Shown here in pieces: positions 9,300 through 18,107 of a DNA stretch of 64,000 nt. This DNA is from a virus (lineage: Duplodnaviria > Caudoviricetes): positions 24,782 to 88,781 of IMG/VR virus record IMGVR_UViG_2843857367_000001; one strand, given 5' to 3'. A model generated the notes under the pieces. The model was not told the DNA's origin and ran no database searches. It worked only from the letters and a program-made list of their open reading frames with translations. Positions within the stretch are counted from its first letter, which is position 1, and every line of letters begins with the position of its first letter. Made by a program: the position numbers and the translations under genes.

Positions 9300-9697
9300 G
9301 CCGCCGCCCCGCGCGAGGCCTCGATCTGTCGTCGCGCCTCGGCCTTGCTCGCCGGCGTCATGAAATAGCCGACGCCCCAGCGGGTGCCGATCTCGATCCC
9401 GAACGGTTTCAGTTTCCGCCGGATGTGGCAGACGAAGACGTCCACGATCTTCATCTCGGGTTCGTCTTCGCCCCGGTCGCGGTAAAGCGCCGCCATCGCG
9501 GCGTCCTTCGTCAGCAGCTCCCGCTCCAACAGCGCGCCGAACAGTCGGGCCTGCTGAACGGTCAGCCCCCATTCCAGCGGCGGCAGGACGCACAGCCCCA
9601 TCGCCTCTTCCAGTTCCTGAATGCGGTCTTCCAGGCGCACGATCGTCGCCTGCAGCGCGGCCTCCCGCGCGGAGAACTCAGCCGGCTCTACGACCAC
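9296..9697 (-). CDS. Standalone OmpR/PhoB winged-helix protein, CtrA-like
   Basis: DEPEMKIVDVFVCHIRRKL...TRWGVGY; no receiver domain. Confidence 0.8.
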   Translation of the reverse strand: MVVEPAEFSAREAALQATIVRLEDRIQELEEAMGLCVLPPLEWGLTVQQARLFGALLERELLTKDAAMAALYRDRGEDEPEMKIVDVFVCHIRRKLKPFGIEIGTRWGVGYFMTPASKAEARRQIEASRGAAA

Positions 9698-10595
9698 GCC
9701 GCTTCCCCTTCCGGTAAAGAACGATCGCCAGCGCCTTCCACACCGGCGTCTTGTGCGTGGCCGCGAACACGGCCGCCTCCTGCTCCGCCGCCTCGCCCAG
9801 CGCCAGCATGGCGTTCGCCACCCCGTCCGCGTCGATGTCCTCGCGGTACTCCTCGTCGTGCAGCAGCGTCTCGACCGCCTTGATCTGCCCCGCCGTCAAC
9901 GGCCGCGCCCGCCCTTTCACCAGGGCCTCCAGCACGATCCGCGCACGCATCGCGCCGCGTCGGTTGATCAGGGCGCCGACCGCCCGCACCGCCACCGTGT
10001 CCCCGATGGCCCAGACCCCGTTGCCCGGCGTGGAGCGCAGCATCTTCACGCCCGCTCGCGCACAGACCTGATCGATCGTCAGGGCTTCCTCGTCGCCGGC
10101 CGCCGCCGCCGCGAAATGCATCTGCATCGGCGTGATGTTCAGCCGGTCGCGGTTGTGACCGATGAAGCTGTGGGCCCGCTCCGTCCGGCTGGCGGCCTCG
10201 ACCACCATCACCGGAATGGTCGTCACCATCGGATGGCTGCACGCCGCGATCGCCGTATGCTGGCCGTCGATCACCTCCAGCCCGCGCTCTGTCCGGGCGC
10301 AGACCGGGGGCTTGAACCGGCGCCAGTCCCAGCGGGCGCAGATCTTGCGCACCAGCTTGATGGACCGCTCCGACAGGTTGCGCTGATAACCCTCATCGAT
10401 CAGCAGCGCGCCCGGATCGACCCATTCGAACACCGGCGGCGCCGTCTCGGCTATCCCGGCCTCCACCCCCGACAGATTGATGGCCTTCACGCCCCTCAGG
10501 GCGCTCGCCGCCGCAGCGGCCCCCAGCGCGGCGTGGCACGCGGCCACATAGCGGTCGTCCCCCTGGCGAAACGCCTGACTGCCCAGCTCCGTCAT
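9678..10595 (-). CDS. ParB/Srx-like protein (DUF6551-like)
   Basis: IDEGYQR and IDGQHT motifs. Confidence 0.7.
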   Translation of the reverse strand: MTELGSQAFRQGDDRYVAACHAALGAAAAASALRGVKAINLSGVEAGIAETAPPVFEWVDPGALLIDEGYQRNLSERSIKLVRKICARWDWRRFKPPVCARTERGLEVIDGQHTAIAACSHPMVTTIPVMVVEAASRTERAHSFIGHNRDRLNITPMQMHFAAAAAGDEEALTIDQVCARAGVKMLRSTPGNGVWAIGDTVAVRAVGALINRRGAMRARIVLEALVKGRARPLTAGQIKAVETLLHDEEYREDIDADGVANAMLALGEAAEQEAAVFAATHKTPVWKALAIVLYRKGKRRGRRAG

Positions 10596-10954
10596 CCGTC
10601 GATGTCCTTTCGTTCGCGACGTCCGGCCGCGCCTCGATGTCCGGCCAGCGCCTCGCGCGCGGCCTCGGCCGCCGCCTTCAGCGGCCCCTGCAGATCCCGA
10701 CGGCCGGCCGTGGTCTCGGCGCAGTACCGGCGCGACAGACGCGACAGCTGCACGCATGGGTTCGATTTGGTGACCACGCCCGGCGCGCAGGCGTTCTTGG
10801 CTTCATTCGCCACGCGGGCCAGCGCCGTCGTCGGCTTGCTGGGAGCCGCCGCCGCTGCGGCCTCGGCCTGGGCGATCAGCTCGTTCCAGCAGGCCTCGTC
10901 ATTGGCCGTCATCCGGCCGTCGGGCCCGCCACGCAGATTGCCGAAGCGGCTCAT
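10592..10954 (-). CDS. Hypothetical protein
   Basis: GGAGG RBS and ATGA coupling within the operon. Confidence 0.55.
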   Translation of the reverse strand: MSRFGNLRGGPDGRMTANDEACWNELIAQAEAAAAAAPSKPTTALARVANEAKNACAPGVVTKSNPCVQLSRLSRRYCAETTAGRRDLQGPLKAAAEAAREALAGHRGAAGRRERKDIDG

Positions 10955-11046
10955 GGACGCCTCCGCCGCTTCGTCGCCGCCGGAGCGCTGGTCTCCGACG
11001 GCGACTCGGCCTTCTCTCGCAAGCGCCAACCTGGAGAGAGAAGACG

Positions 11047-11364
11047 ATGACGCCCGACGCCGTTCTGACGTTCGAAAAGGCGCTTGAGACCCACGGCCGC
11101 CTGATCACCGCGCAAGGCGAGCGCCTGAACCAACTCGCGCGCATGGTGATGGATGACGCACGCGAACGGCATGCGCTTGAGCGCGTACTTCAAGCCCTTG
11201 CCGCTCAGGTCGCAGCAGACGCCCAGGACCCGCTGAAGTTTCTGGATGAAGTCCGAACCAAGGCCTTGGCGTCCATGGCCGGCGTAGATCTGACCGACGC
11301 CCGCGAAGCGATCGAACGCGTCTTGGCCAAGGTCGAGGGCAGCTTGACCGGCCCCCAGCTCTAG
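11047..11364 (+). CDS. Hypothetical helical protein, antisense to the operon
   Basis: GGAG RBS; protein-like composition. Confidence 0.6.
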   Translation: MTPDAVLTFEKALETHGRLITAQGERLNQLARMVMDDARERHALERVLQALAAQVAADAQDPLKFLDEVRTKALASMAGVDLTDAREAIERVLAKVEGSLTGPQL

Positions 11365-11483
11365 GGCTTCAAACGCTGCGATTTCCCGCCGTCGACGCTG
11401 GTCGATGCGCCGCCATTCGCGTTCATGCGCCTCCGCCTCCGCCTCCAGGCGAACGGTCCGGGCCTTGATCCTGCGGGGGGGGC

Positions 11484-11777
11484 TCATGGGCGGGCCTCCG
11501 GCTCGAGATCCCCAACAGAGGCGGGCAGAGGTCGGCCAGACAGTTCTGGTGGATACCAATCGGCTGCGACCACCTCCCCCCGTGTCCAGGAGATCGCATC
11601 GGCGATCTGATCTTCCTTCGGAATGATCCGCTTCGGATGGCCGAATGGAAGCAGATAGCGGCTCGCGGCTTGACGTGAGATCCCCCAACGCTCGCCCAAA
11701 GCCATCGCGCCTAGCCCTCGGTCTCGAAGCCAGCGATCCATTTTGGGGCGAGTTTTAAGGGGCAGATGGGCGGCCAT
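11484..11777 (-). CDS. Cro-like HTH regulator
   Basis: LGERWGISRQAASRY HTH; divergent from CI. Confidence 0.75.
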   Translation of the reverse strand: MAAHLPLKTRPKMDRWLRDRGLGAMALGERWGISRQAASRYLLPFGHPKRIIPKEDQIADAISWTRGEVVAADWYPPELSGRPLPASVGDLEPEARP

Positions 11778-11833
11778 TGGCGACCTCGTGATTCGGTTCG
11801 CCAAGGAGAAAGAAACTTATTCGGTGATTTTTG

Positions 11834-11846
11834 CAACTGTTTGGTT
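11834..11846. promoter_or_regulatory. Putative operator CAACTGTTTGGTT
   Basis: Identical 13-mer at 13250-13262. Confidence 0.6.
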
Positions 11847-11861
11847 TAGTCGTTTTCAGCT

Positions 11862-12668
11862 ATGCCGTCGCTCGCGCTCATCCAGCCGGTACATCATCCT
11901 CGTAGGACTATGTCCAAGGTGGTTGATAATTCCGGGAACAATGACGCCGCTGCCCTTCTGGGACGCGCGCTGGCCGTTTTGCGCCGTCGGGCCGGCCTAA
12001 GTCAGGCTGCTGCTGGGCAAAGAGCCAATATGTCCGGCCAAGGCTGGGCGAAGTATGAAAACGGCCAAGCCCCGAGCATCTTTTACCCAGAGAACCAGCG
12101 CCGCCTGACGGCCGCCGTCGACGCGACGCCAGCCGACTTGGAGAAAGAGCGCCTCGGGCTTTCAGGAAGCCCGCAGACCAGCAACGTAGTCGACTTCCGC
12201 AAGTGGGTTGATAACGAGCGCGCTCAAACCCTGCCGATCCGCGATCGCGTCCAGGCCGGCGCATGGCTTATGGCGGATGACACCTCACAGGCGGAACCGA
12301 AGCAGTATCCCTTTGCCCGAGACCCCCGGTTCCCTTACGCCGATCAGTGGCTATCCGAGGTAATAGGCGACTCTGTCGATCGCCTCGGAATATTCGAAGG
12401 CGATCTCGTTCACTGCGTCGACTTCGAAGGTGCAGGCATTGGCCTTCAGAGCGGGCAAATCGTTGAGATTGAACGGCTGCGCTTTGGCGGATCCGAACGC
12501 GAACTCAGCATCAAACAGGTTGAACTGACCGCCAATGGCCCGCTGCTGTGGCCGCGCTCTTCCAATCCTCGCTGGCAAGCCCCTCTTGGCATGACAGATG
12601 GAGCCGAAGACGACGAGGTCCTCGTTCGCATCCGAGGCCTCATCGTCCAGTCCATTCGGCGTTTCTAG
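11862..12668 (+). CDS. CI-like repressor (XRE HTH plus S24 peptidase)
   Basis: HTH, VQAG cleavage site, GDS serine and SIK lysine. Confidence 0.88.
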   Translation: MPSLALIQPVHHPRRTMSKVVDNSGNNDAAALLGRALAVLRRRAGLSQAAAGQRANMSGQGWAKYENGQAPSIFYPENQRRLTAAVDATPADLEKERLGLSGSPQTSNVVDFRKWVDNERAQTLPIRDRVQAGAWLMADDTSQAEPKQYPFARDPRFPYADQWLSEVIGDSVDRLGIFEGDLVHCVDFEGAGIGLQSGQIVEIERLRFGGSERELSIKQVELTANGPLLWPRSSNPRWQAPLGMTDGAEDDEVLVRIRGLIVQSIRRF

Positions 12669-13132
12669 CGCCCTTGAGCGGCGTCAAGCACCATCCGCTC
12701 TAACGTCCCGTTGCTGTTGCAAGTGACGGTCACGAGCGGATCGTTTGCGAACTGCCGCATCTCAGTGATGCGGGTATTAACAGTCACCTGCGTCCCAGAT
12801 CCCTGAGGCTTGACGAAGACGTTCAGATCTACCGCCTGCCGAACAGGCACCTCCAGGGGCGCAGCACCGCAGCTCGCCCATGCAGCCACGGTGCTATCCC
12901 CCCTAGGCGAGGTAATCATGCGCTCCGCGGCAACGATGCCGCTGTCCTTCTCGATGGTCTTGATGGACAGATTGTTCGCAGCGAAGAACTCCACCACGCG
13001 CTCCCAGACAGCGTCTTTCCCTTCCGGCACGACGCGACTCTTCGGGAAGTCGTAAACCTCGGGCGCTGTAGCGCACGAGGCGAGAGCCGCCCCTAGCGTT
13101 GCCAGCAAAATAATTGACCGCCCCACCCGCAT
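12665..13132 (-). CDS. Lipoprotein (moron)
   Basis: Signal peptide with LASC lipobox. Confidence 0.75.
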   Translation of the reverse strand: MRVGRSIILLATLGAALASCATAPEVYDFPKSRVVPEGKDAVWERVVEFFAANNLSIKTIEKDSGIVAAERMITSPRGDSTVAAWASCGAAPLEVPVRQAVDLNVFVKPQGSGTQVTVNTRITEMRQFANDPLVTVTCNSNGTLERMVLDAAQGR

Positions 13133-13240
13133 GCTCCTTGCGTTGAAATAACGACGTACACCTAAACACTTAGCTACACCAACTCGCAACCCTTTGGTCT
13201 GCGCTCGCGCCACCACAACGTTGCGGTTTAAACGACGCGG

Positions 13241-13276
13241 TTGACATCCCAACTGTTTGGTTGAACTGTTGAGTTG
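13241..13276 (+). promoter_or_regulatory. PL-like promoter with tandem operators
   Basis: TTGACA at 13241 followed by CAACTGTTTGGTTG and GAACTGTTGAGTTG. Confidence 0.6.
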
Positions 13277-13362
13277 TCCCGCGCCGTTCGGTTGGGTTTC
13301 CCCCAGCTCCCTCCCGGCGCTCTTCCGTTCAGGCGCGGGGCGTCCCTTTGGAGGAGCGCCCC

Positions 13363-13881
13363 ATGGCTCACGGAATATTCCAACCGTCCACCGCCCCGAC
13401 GACAACTTCGGACGCGCACGCCGTGCGCGCCTCGACCGCCCACGATTTCTCGGGCGCCGTGCCCGTCGTCAGCATCGATGACGAACTGCTGGACATCATC
13501 GCCCTGCTGCACACGGCGCCGATCCGGTCGTTCGACCTGTCGACGGCGGCGGTCATCACCGGCCCCTTCATCGAGGGCCGCGTCTGCATCCGCATGGACG
13601 GCCGGTCCTGGTCCCTGCCCACCGTCTCCTGCTCCGTTCTCGCCCTGCTGGTTCGCCTCGAACGCTCCCTGCGCGCCTGCGACCTCTTCGCGGACGCCTT
13701 CAACGCCGCCGTCGTCCAGGCCGAGGCCAAGGTCGACGCCGTCAACGCCTGGTCTGCCCGGGTGCGTCCCGGCGCGCCTGCGTCGGATCAGGAGGGCCAT
13801 GCCATCGCCGTGTCAGCTGGCGTCGGGTCGGGAGGTCCCGCAGGGCCGACGACCGCCAGCCGCCGAAAGGGTGAAGGCTGA
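13363..13881 (+). CDS. Hypothetical protein
   Basis: GGAGG RBS; first gene of the early operon. Confidence 0.6.
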   Translation: MAHGIFQPSTAPTTTSDAHAVRASTAHDFSGAVPVVSIDDELLDIIALLHTAPIRSFDLSTAAVITGPFIEGRVCIRMDGRSWSLPTVSCSVLALLVRLERSLRACDLFADAFNAAVVQAEAKVDAVNAWSARVRPGAPASDQEGHAIAVSAGVGSGGPAGPTTASRRKGEG

Positions 13882-14282
13882 TGACGTCCGCCCTTTCATT
13901 TGCCGACGCCGCCGCCATGCGGGCCGCGCTGGCGGGAAACGACGAAGGCCCTCTGGTCGTCATCGAGCTGCGCCCGCCATGCCCTTCCGAACGGATCGAG
14001 ATCTCTGGCGGATTCGACGGCCCCGACCCGATCCACGTCGTCAAATCCCTGTGCCGCGCCCTTGAATGCGGGCCCGGGGCTCTCCTCGCCGTCGAGGATC
14101 CGAACGCCCGCGGCCTGCGCGGCGACGCGGCCCGCTGCTACGTCCTGAACGCCGCTGAGCAACGCGTCGCACGCATCTGCGGCCTCAGCTTCGCCTATGT
14201 GAACGTCGCCGCCTCGGCCCTGGTCAACCGCAACTGGCGGCCCGGCCAGAACCGGGAAATGGGCGTGAGGGCGGACGCATGA
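13881..14282 (+). CDS. Hypothetical protein
   Basis: TGATG coupling. Confidence 0.6.
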   Translation: MTSALSFADAAAMRAALAGNDEGPLVVIELRPPCPSERIEISGGFDGPDPIHVVKSLCRALECGPGALLAVEDPNARGLRGDAARCYVLNAAEQRVARICGLSFAYVNVAASALVNRNWRPGQNREMGVRADA

Positions 14283-14488
14283 TTCCGGCCGCCCTCTGCT
14301 TCGCCGGCCTCGGTGCCCTGGCCTACGCCCTGACCAAGGAGGGGCTCAAAGCCTCAGCCCTCGCGGGGATGAACTTCGACATCCTCCGGCGCGACCGCCG
14401 CGCCGCTCAGCTCATGGCCCGTGCCTTCATCCTGCATGGGGCCGCGACCGCCGCCGCCATGGCCGGCTTCATCCTGGGACGCGCCTGA
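14279..14488 (+). CDS. Small membrane protein
   Basis: ATGA coupling; two hydrophobic segments. Confidence 0.55.
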   Translation: MIPAALCFAGLGALAYALTKEGLKASALAGMNFDILRRDRRAAQLMARAFILHGAATAAAMAGFILGRA

Positions 14489-14649
14489 TGCCCGCCCGGC
14501 CACGCCGCAGCGGCCCCGTCCTGACCGACGCCGCGCGCGAAACCTTCGCCGCCGCCCTGGTCATCCTTCTGGCCCTCGCCTTCGCCGGTGCCGCCCTCGA
14601 GCGGGCGGGACCGGCCCAACCTCTTCCCGATCAATACCGGATCCGCTGA
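14488..14649 (+). CDS. Small single-TM protein
   Basis: Manual [40 protein letters not shown]...; TGATG coupling. Confidence 0.45.
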   Translation: MPARPRRSGPVLTDAARETFAAALVILLALAFAGAALERAGPAQPLPDQYRIR

Positions 14650-14650
14650 C

Positions 14651-16798
14651 ATGGCTTCTTCCGCCCAGGTTTCCCCCGCTCAGCGCGAAATGCGCAAGCC
14701 CGACTTCCCGGCCGTCGTCCACACCTACACCGACCTGCTGCGCCTCCTGCGCGAACAGCCGCACGGCGACGCCGCCCATCTGGCCGGCCTGACCGGCCGC
14801 GTCACGTCGAACGTCCGCCGTGACATGCACAAGCTGACCGCCGCAGGCGTCGTAGAGCACGACGGCGCCTGCTGGCTTCTGACAGACAAGGGCCGCCAAT
14901 GGGTCGCGGGCCAGGACGTGGCCGAGGGCTTGGCCTCAGCCGACGGCTCAGCCTCTCCGGTCACCCGCTGGCCGGTCGACAAGATCCGCCCGAACCCGGC
15001 CAACCGTCCCGTCGATCGCGAAACCATCCCCGACCTCGCCCTTTCGATCATCGGCGCCGGCGACGTTCTCCAGCCGCTGATCCTGACCCCGGCCGATGCG
15101 AACGGCGTGCGCATGATCCTCGCCGGTGAACGTCGCTGGCGCGCCGTCCGCCTCATCATGGATCAGGACGCCGAGACTCATAACGAAAACGTCCTCGACG
15201 GCGAACCGGCCCTCTTCAACGACAGCCTGCCCGTCGACCTCGAACCCGGCGTCCCCTTCATCGAGCGCGAGGCGACCGAGGCCGAGGCGCTGCAGATCAC
15301 CATCATCGAGAACAGCCAGCGTCAGGACCTCTCCCCCTGGGAAGACGCCCAGCTGCTGCTGCAGCTGCAGACCGCCACCGGCTGGAACGCGTCAGAGCTG
15401 GCGCGCAACATCGGCCGCGCCGCCGAGGGCGAACGCTCCGGCCTGCGCGACGTCCAGACCAAGCTGAAGGTCGCCCGCGAAGCCTCGCCCGCCGCCATCG
15501 CCGTCTATCTCGAAAACCGCAGCTGGGACCAACTCCGCAACAGCGTCAGCCAACCCAAGCCGCAGACCATGTCCGACCAGGTCGCGGAGTACGGCGCCGC
15601 CCTCATCAAGCCCGGCGAACCGACGCCGTTGGAAGAGGCGATCGAGGCGGCTCCCACGCCGTCGGCATGGCTTGCCGAGCAGAAGGAGCGCCTCTGGCCC
15701 TCTCTGGACGCCCTTCGACCTAAACAGCTGCTGGTCCTGGTCGAGGTCGGAGACCTTATCGCCCGCACCAACGTCAAGACCACGCGCTATGAGGCCCCGT
15801 GCGCTGAGTCCTACCCGGACCCGACGAAGTGCGCCCAGTTCCTGACAGAGAACGCCGGGCTTGGCTTCACCCACCTCCGCGACGAACACACGGTCAGACT
15901 GGCCGACGCCACCTGGGATTGGTTGATCCGACAGGGCTTAATCCGCGAACTGACGGGCGCCGTCCCCCACCGGCTCGGCCTGCTGCGCCAGGAAGCCTTG
16001 GGCATCGGCGCCGAGGCCGCTCTGCGCCAGTCCGGCCGCTACTGGACCGAATGGCTGAACCTGGACGCCGCCCCGAACAAAACGTCAGCCGCCAAGCCCG
16101 CGCCTTCCGGCCCCCACGTCGTCAACGGCGTCGACTACGGCAACGCCACCCGGGCTCAGGAAGCCCGCTACGCCGCCGGCATCCTGCAACGCCCGGCCGC
16201 CAACTACGGTTCGTCGTCGCGCAGCGAGACGCCGGCGCCGTCGGCCGAGCCCGGCGCCGAAGCGACGCTGCCGGCGACGACGATCGAGATGCTCACCGCA
16301 ACGGCCCGCGAAGAACTGGCGGAACAACGCCTTGAGCGCCTCGGCGCGGCCCTGCAGGTGCTGACGGAGCGACTTGAGCCGCTGCTCGCCGCCCTGGGCG
16401 GCGATCGCACAGAGGATGGACTGATCACGCTCGAGACGGACGATGCGGACTATTACGAACGCGAGATCTCAGAGGCCTGCCAGTGGGCCGAGGACGCCCT
16501 GGCCGAAACCAGCACCGTCTTTGATGGCTGGGGTGACGAGACGCCGCGGACCAGCCTTTCCGAACCAGCCGTGCCGATCCGCAAGTCGATAACGCCCGAC
16601 TTCATCGTCTGCCTTGAAGATGGGCGGAAGTTCAAATCGCTGAAGCGCCACCTGCGCACCCGCTACAACCTTTCGCCAGAGGCGTATCGCCAGCGCTGGG
16701 GCCTCCCGGCCGACTATCCCATGGTCGCGCCCAACTACGCCAAGGCCCGCGAAGACCTCGCCCGCCAGATGGGCCTCAGCTGGGCGGGGGCGCGCTGA
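14651..16798 (+). CDS. ParB-domain protein fused to a C-terminal MucR/Ros zinc finger
   Basis: [31 protein letters not shown]; C-terminal [30 protein letters not shown]...YPMVAPNY. Confidence 0.88.
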   Translation: MASSAQVSPAQREMRKPDFPAVVHTYTDLLRLLREQPHGDAAHLAGLTGRVTSNVRRDMHKLTAAGVVEHDGACWLLTDKGRQWVAGQDVAEGLASADGSASPVTRWPVDKIRPNPANRPVDRETIPDLALSIIGAGDVLQPLILTPADANGVRMILAGERRWRAVRLIMDQDAETHNENVLDGEPALFNDSLPVDLEPGVPFIEREATEAEALQITIIENSQRQDLSPWEDAQLLLQLQTATGWNASELARNIGRAAEGERSGLRDVQTKLKVAREASPAAIAVYLENRSWDQLRNSVSQPKPQTMSDQVAEYGAALIKPGEPTPLEEAIEAAPTPSAWLAEQKERLWPSLDALRPKQLLVLVEVGDLIARTNVKTTRYEAPCAESYPDPTKCAQFLTENAGLGFTHLRDEHTVRLADATWDWLIRQGLIRELTGAVPHRLGLLRQEALGIGAEAALRQSGRYWTEWLNLDAAPNKTSAAKPAPSGPHVVNGVDYGNATRAQEARYAAGILQRPAANYGSSSRSETPAPSAEPGAEATLPATTIEMLTATAREELAEQRLERLGAALQVLTERLEPLLAALGGDRTEDGLITLETDDADYYEREISEACQWAEDALAETSTVFDGWGDETPRTSLSEPAVPIRKSITPDFIVCLEDGRKFKSLKRHLRTRYNLSPEAYRQRWGLPADYPMVAPNYAKAREDLARQMGLSWAGAR

Positions 16799-17217
16799 TG
16801 ACCCCCCGCCCCTGGATCGAAGGAGCGGCCCTGCTGGCCGCCCATCACCGCGCCGCCCCGGCGCCCAAATCTCTCAACCGCAGGAGCTATCCCGTGTCCC
16901 CCGACGTCCGCTTCGCCCTGCTCAGGGCTAACCCTCAGGCCAAGCCCCTGGCCTTCCACGACATCGGCGCCCTGGCGCGTCACGTCCAGCGCGAACGCGC
17001 CGGTCGCCCGATCGAGATGGTCGACATCGAGGACCTGCGCTTCGACGGCGACGCCAACATGCGCGAGGGCGTCTCCGTCTACATCCTCGATCAGGGCGGC
17101 GACCGCGACGGTTTGATCGGCCATTGCTGGCTGGACGGCCAGGGTCAGGACGCCCTGCGCCATGCGCTGGCTCGCAATCAGCTGCCCGCCCATGACGCCG
17201 CCGTGAGGGCCGCATGA
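16798..17217 (+). CDS. Hypothetical protein
   Basis: Translationally coupled ORF. Confidence 0.55.
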   Translation: MTPRPWIEGAALLAAHHRAAPAPKSLNRRSYPVSPDVRFALLRANPQAKPLAFHDIGALARHVQRERAGRPIEMVDIEDLRFDGDANMREGVSVYILDQGGDRDGLIGHCWLDGQGQDALRHALARNQLPAHDAAVRAA

Positions 17218-17639
17218 TGGACGGCGCGACCTTCACCCCCGCCCCAACCCCGATCGATCCCGTCGACGCCGAGCAGCCCAAGCGTCTGAACCGCCGTCAG
17301 GCCGCCAAGGTGCGGACTCGCCAGCGCGTCTTCGACTCAGCCGAGACCCTGTTCAATGACGTCGGTTTCGAGCGCGCCACCATCCGCGCGATCGCCAAGG
17401 GCGCCGGCATGTCCACCGGCGCCGTCTTCGCCAACTTCGAGGACAAGACCGCGCTCTACGTCGCCGTCTTCGGCCATCCGCCGCTGACGCCCGAACGGGG
17501 CCGCGAACTCGTAAATGTCCTGCGCCGGGCCCAGGGCGTGCTCGACGCCTTCGCGGATGAGGAAGGCGTCCCCGAACTGCTGGCGGATATCAGGGCCGCC
17601 CTGCCGCCCCTTCCGGTCAAGGCGCCTGCCGATGCTTGA
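17214..17639 (+). CDS. TetR-family HTH regulator
   Basis: GFERATIRAIAKGAGMSTGAVFANFEDK. Confidence 0.85.
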   Translation: MMDGATFTPAPTPIDPVDAEQPKRLNRRQAAKVRTRQRVFDSAETLFNDVGFERATIRAIAKGAGMSTGAVFANFEDKTALYVAVFGHPPLTPERGRELVNVLRRAQGVLDAFADEEGVPELLADIRAALPPLPVKAPADA

Positions 17640-17958
17640 CCGCCGCTTGCACCCGTCCGCCCATCCGCTGCCGCCCCTGCGGCTGGCCCAGACGCCCGTC
17701 TACGTCGATCGCGGCTACTGCCCCGGCGGCCGCTGGGAGCGGATCCTGCGCACCATCCACGATCGGCCCCTGACCGAGACCGAGATCCTGCGCGCCGTCC
17801 ATGACGGCCGTTACCCGCGCCGGATCGAGCGCCGCAAGATTCACGCCGCCCTGATCGCCATGACCCGTCAGGGGCTGACGGCGCGCCTGCCGGGCAGCCC
17901 AGCGCCCTTCACGGCCACCGCGCACGGCGTGCGCATCCTGCATGGAGAGGCCGCGTGA
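17632..17958 (+). CDS. Hypothetical winged-helix-like protein
   Basis: Overlapping start within the operon. Confidence 0.5.
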   Translation: MLDRRLHPSAHPLPPLRLAQTPVYVDRGYCPGGRWERILRTIHDRPLTETEILRAVHDGRYPRRIERRKIHAALIAMTRQGLTARLPGSPAPFTATAHGVRILHGEAA

Positions 17959-18107
17959 CCCTGCACCTCGACCCCATCCCCGACCGCCACCCGCGCCTGA
18001 TCGTCTGGTGCGGATGGTTCCGCCGCGCCGGCTGGCCCGTCCGCGACATCGCCAAGCTCTTCAACATCTCGATCGGCGAGCTGATCGAAGCCGGAGTCGA
18101 ACCATGA
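17955..18107 (+). CDS. Small HTH protein
   Basis: Manual ORF with GWPVRDIAKLFNIS; coupled at both ends. Confidence 0.5.
   Translation: MTLHLDPIPDRHPRLIVWCGWFRRAGWPVRDIAKLFNISIGELIEAGVEP

Noticed and set aside
9296-9310. C-terminal AA as a CtrA-like ClpXP degron
   Set aside because: Many genes here end in AA because of the overlapping RBS and ATGA of the next gene
11750-13300. Full CtrA boxes (TTAA-N7-TTAA) in phage promoters
   Set aside because: The TTAA sites checked by eye lacked a correctly spaced partner; a PWM scan is needed for weak sites
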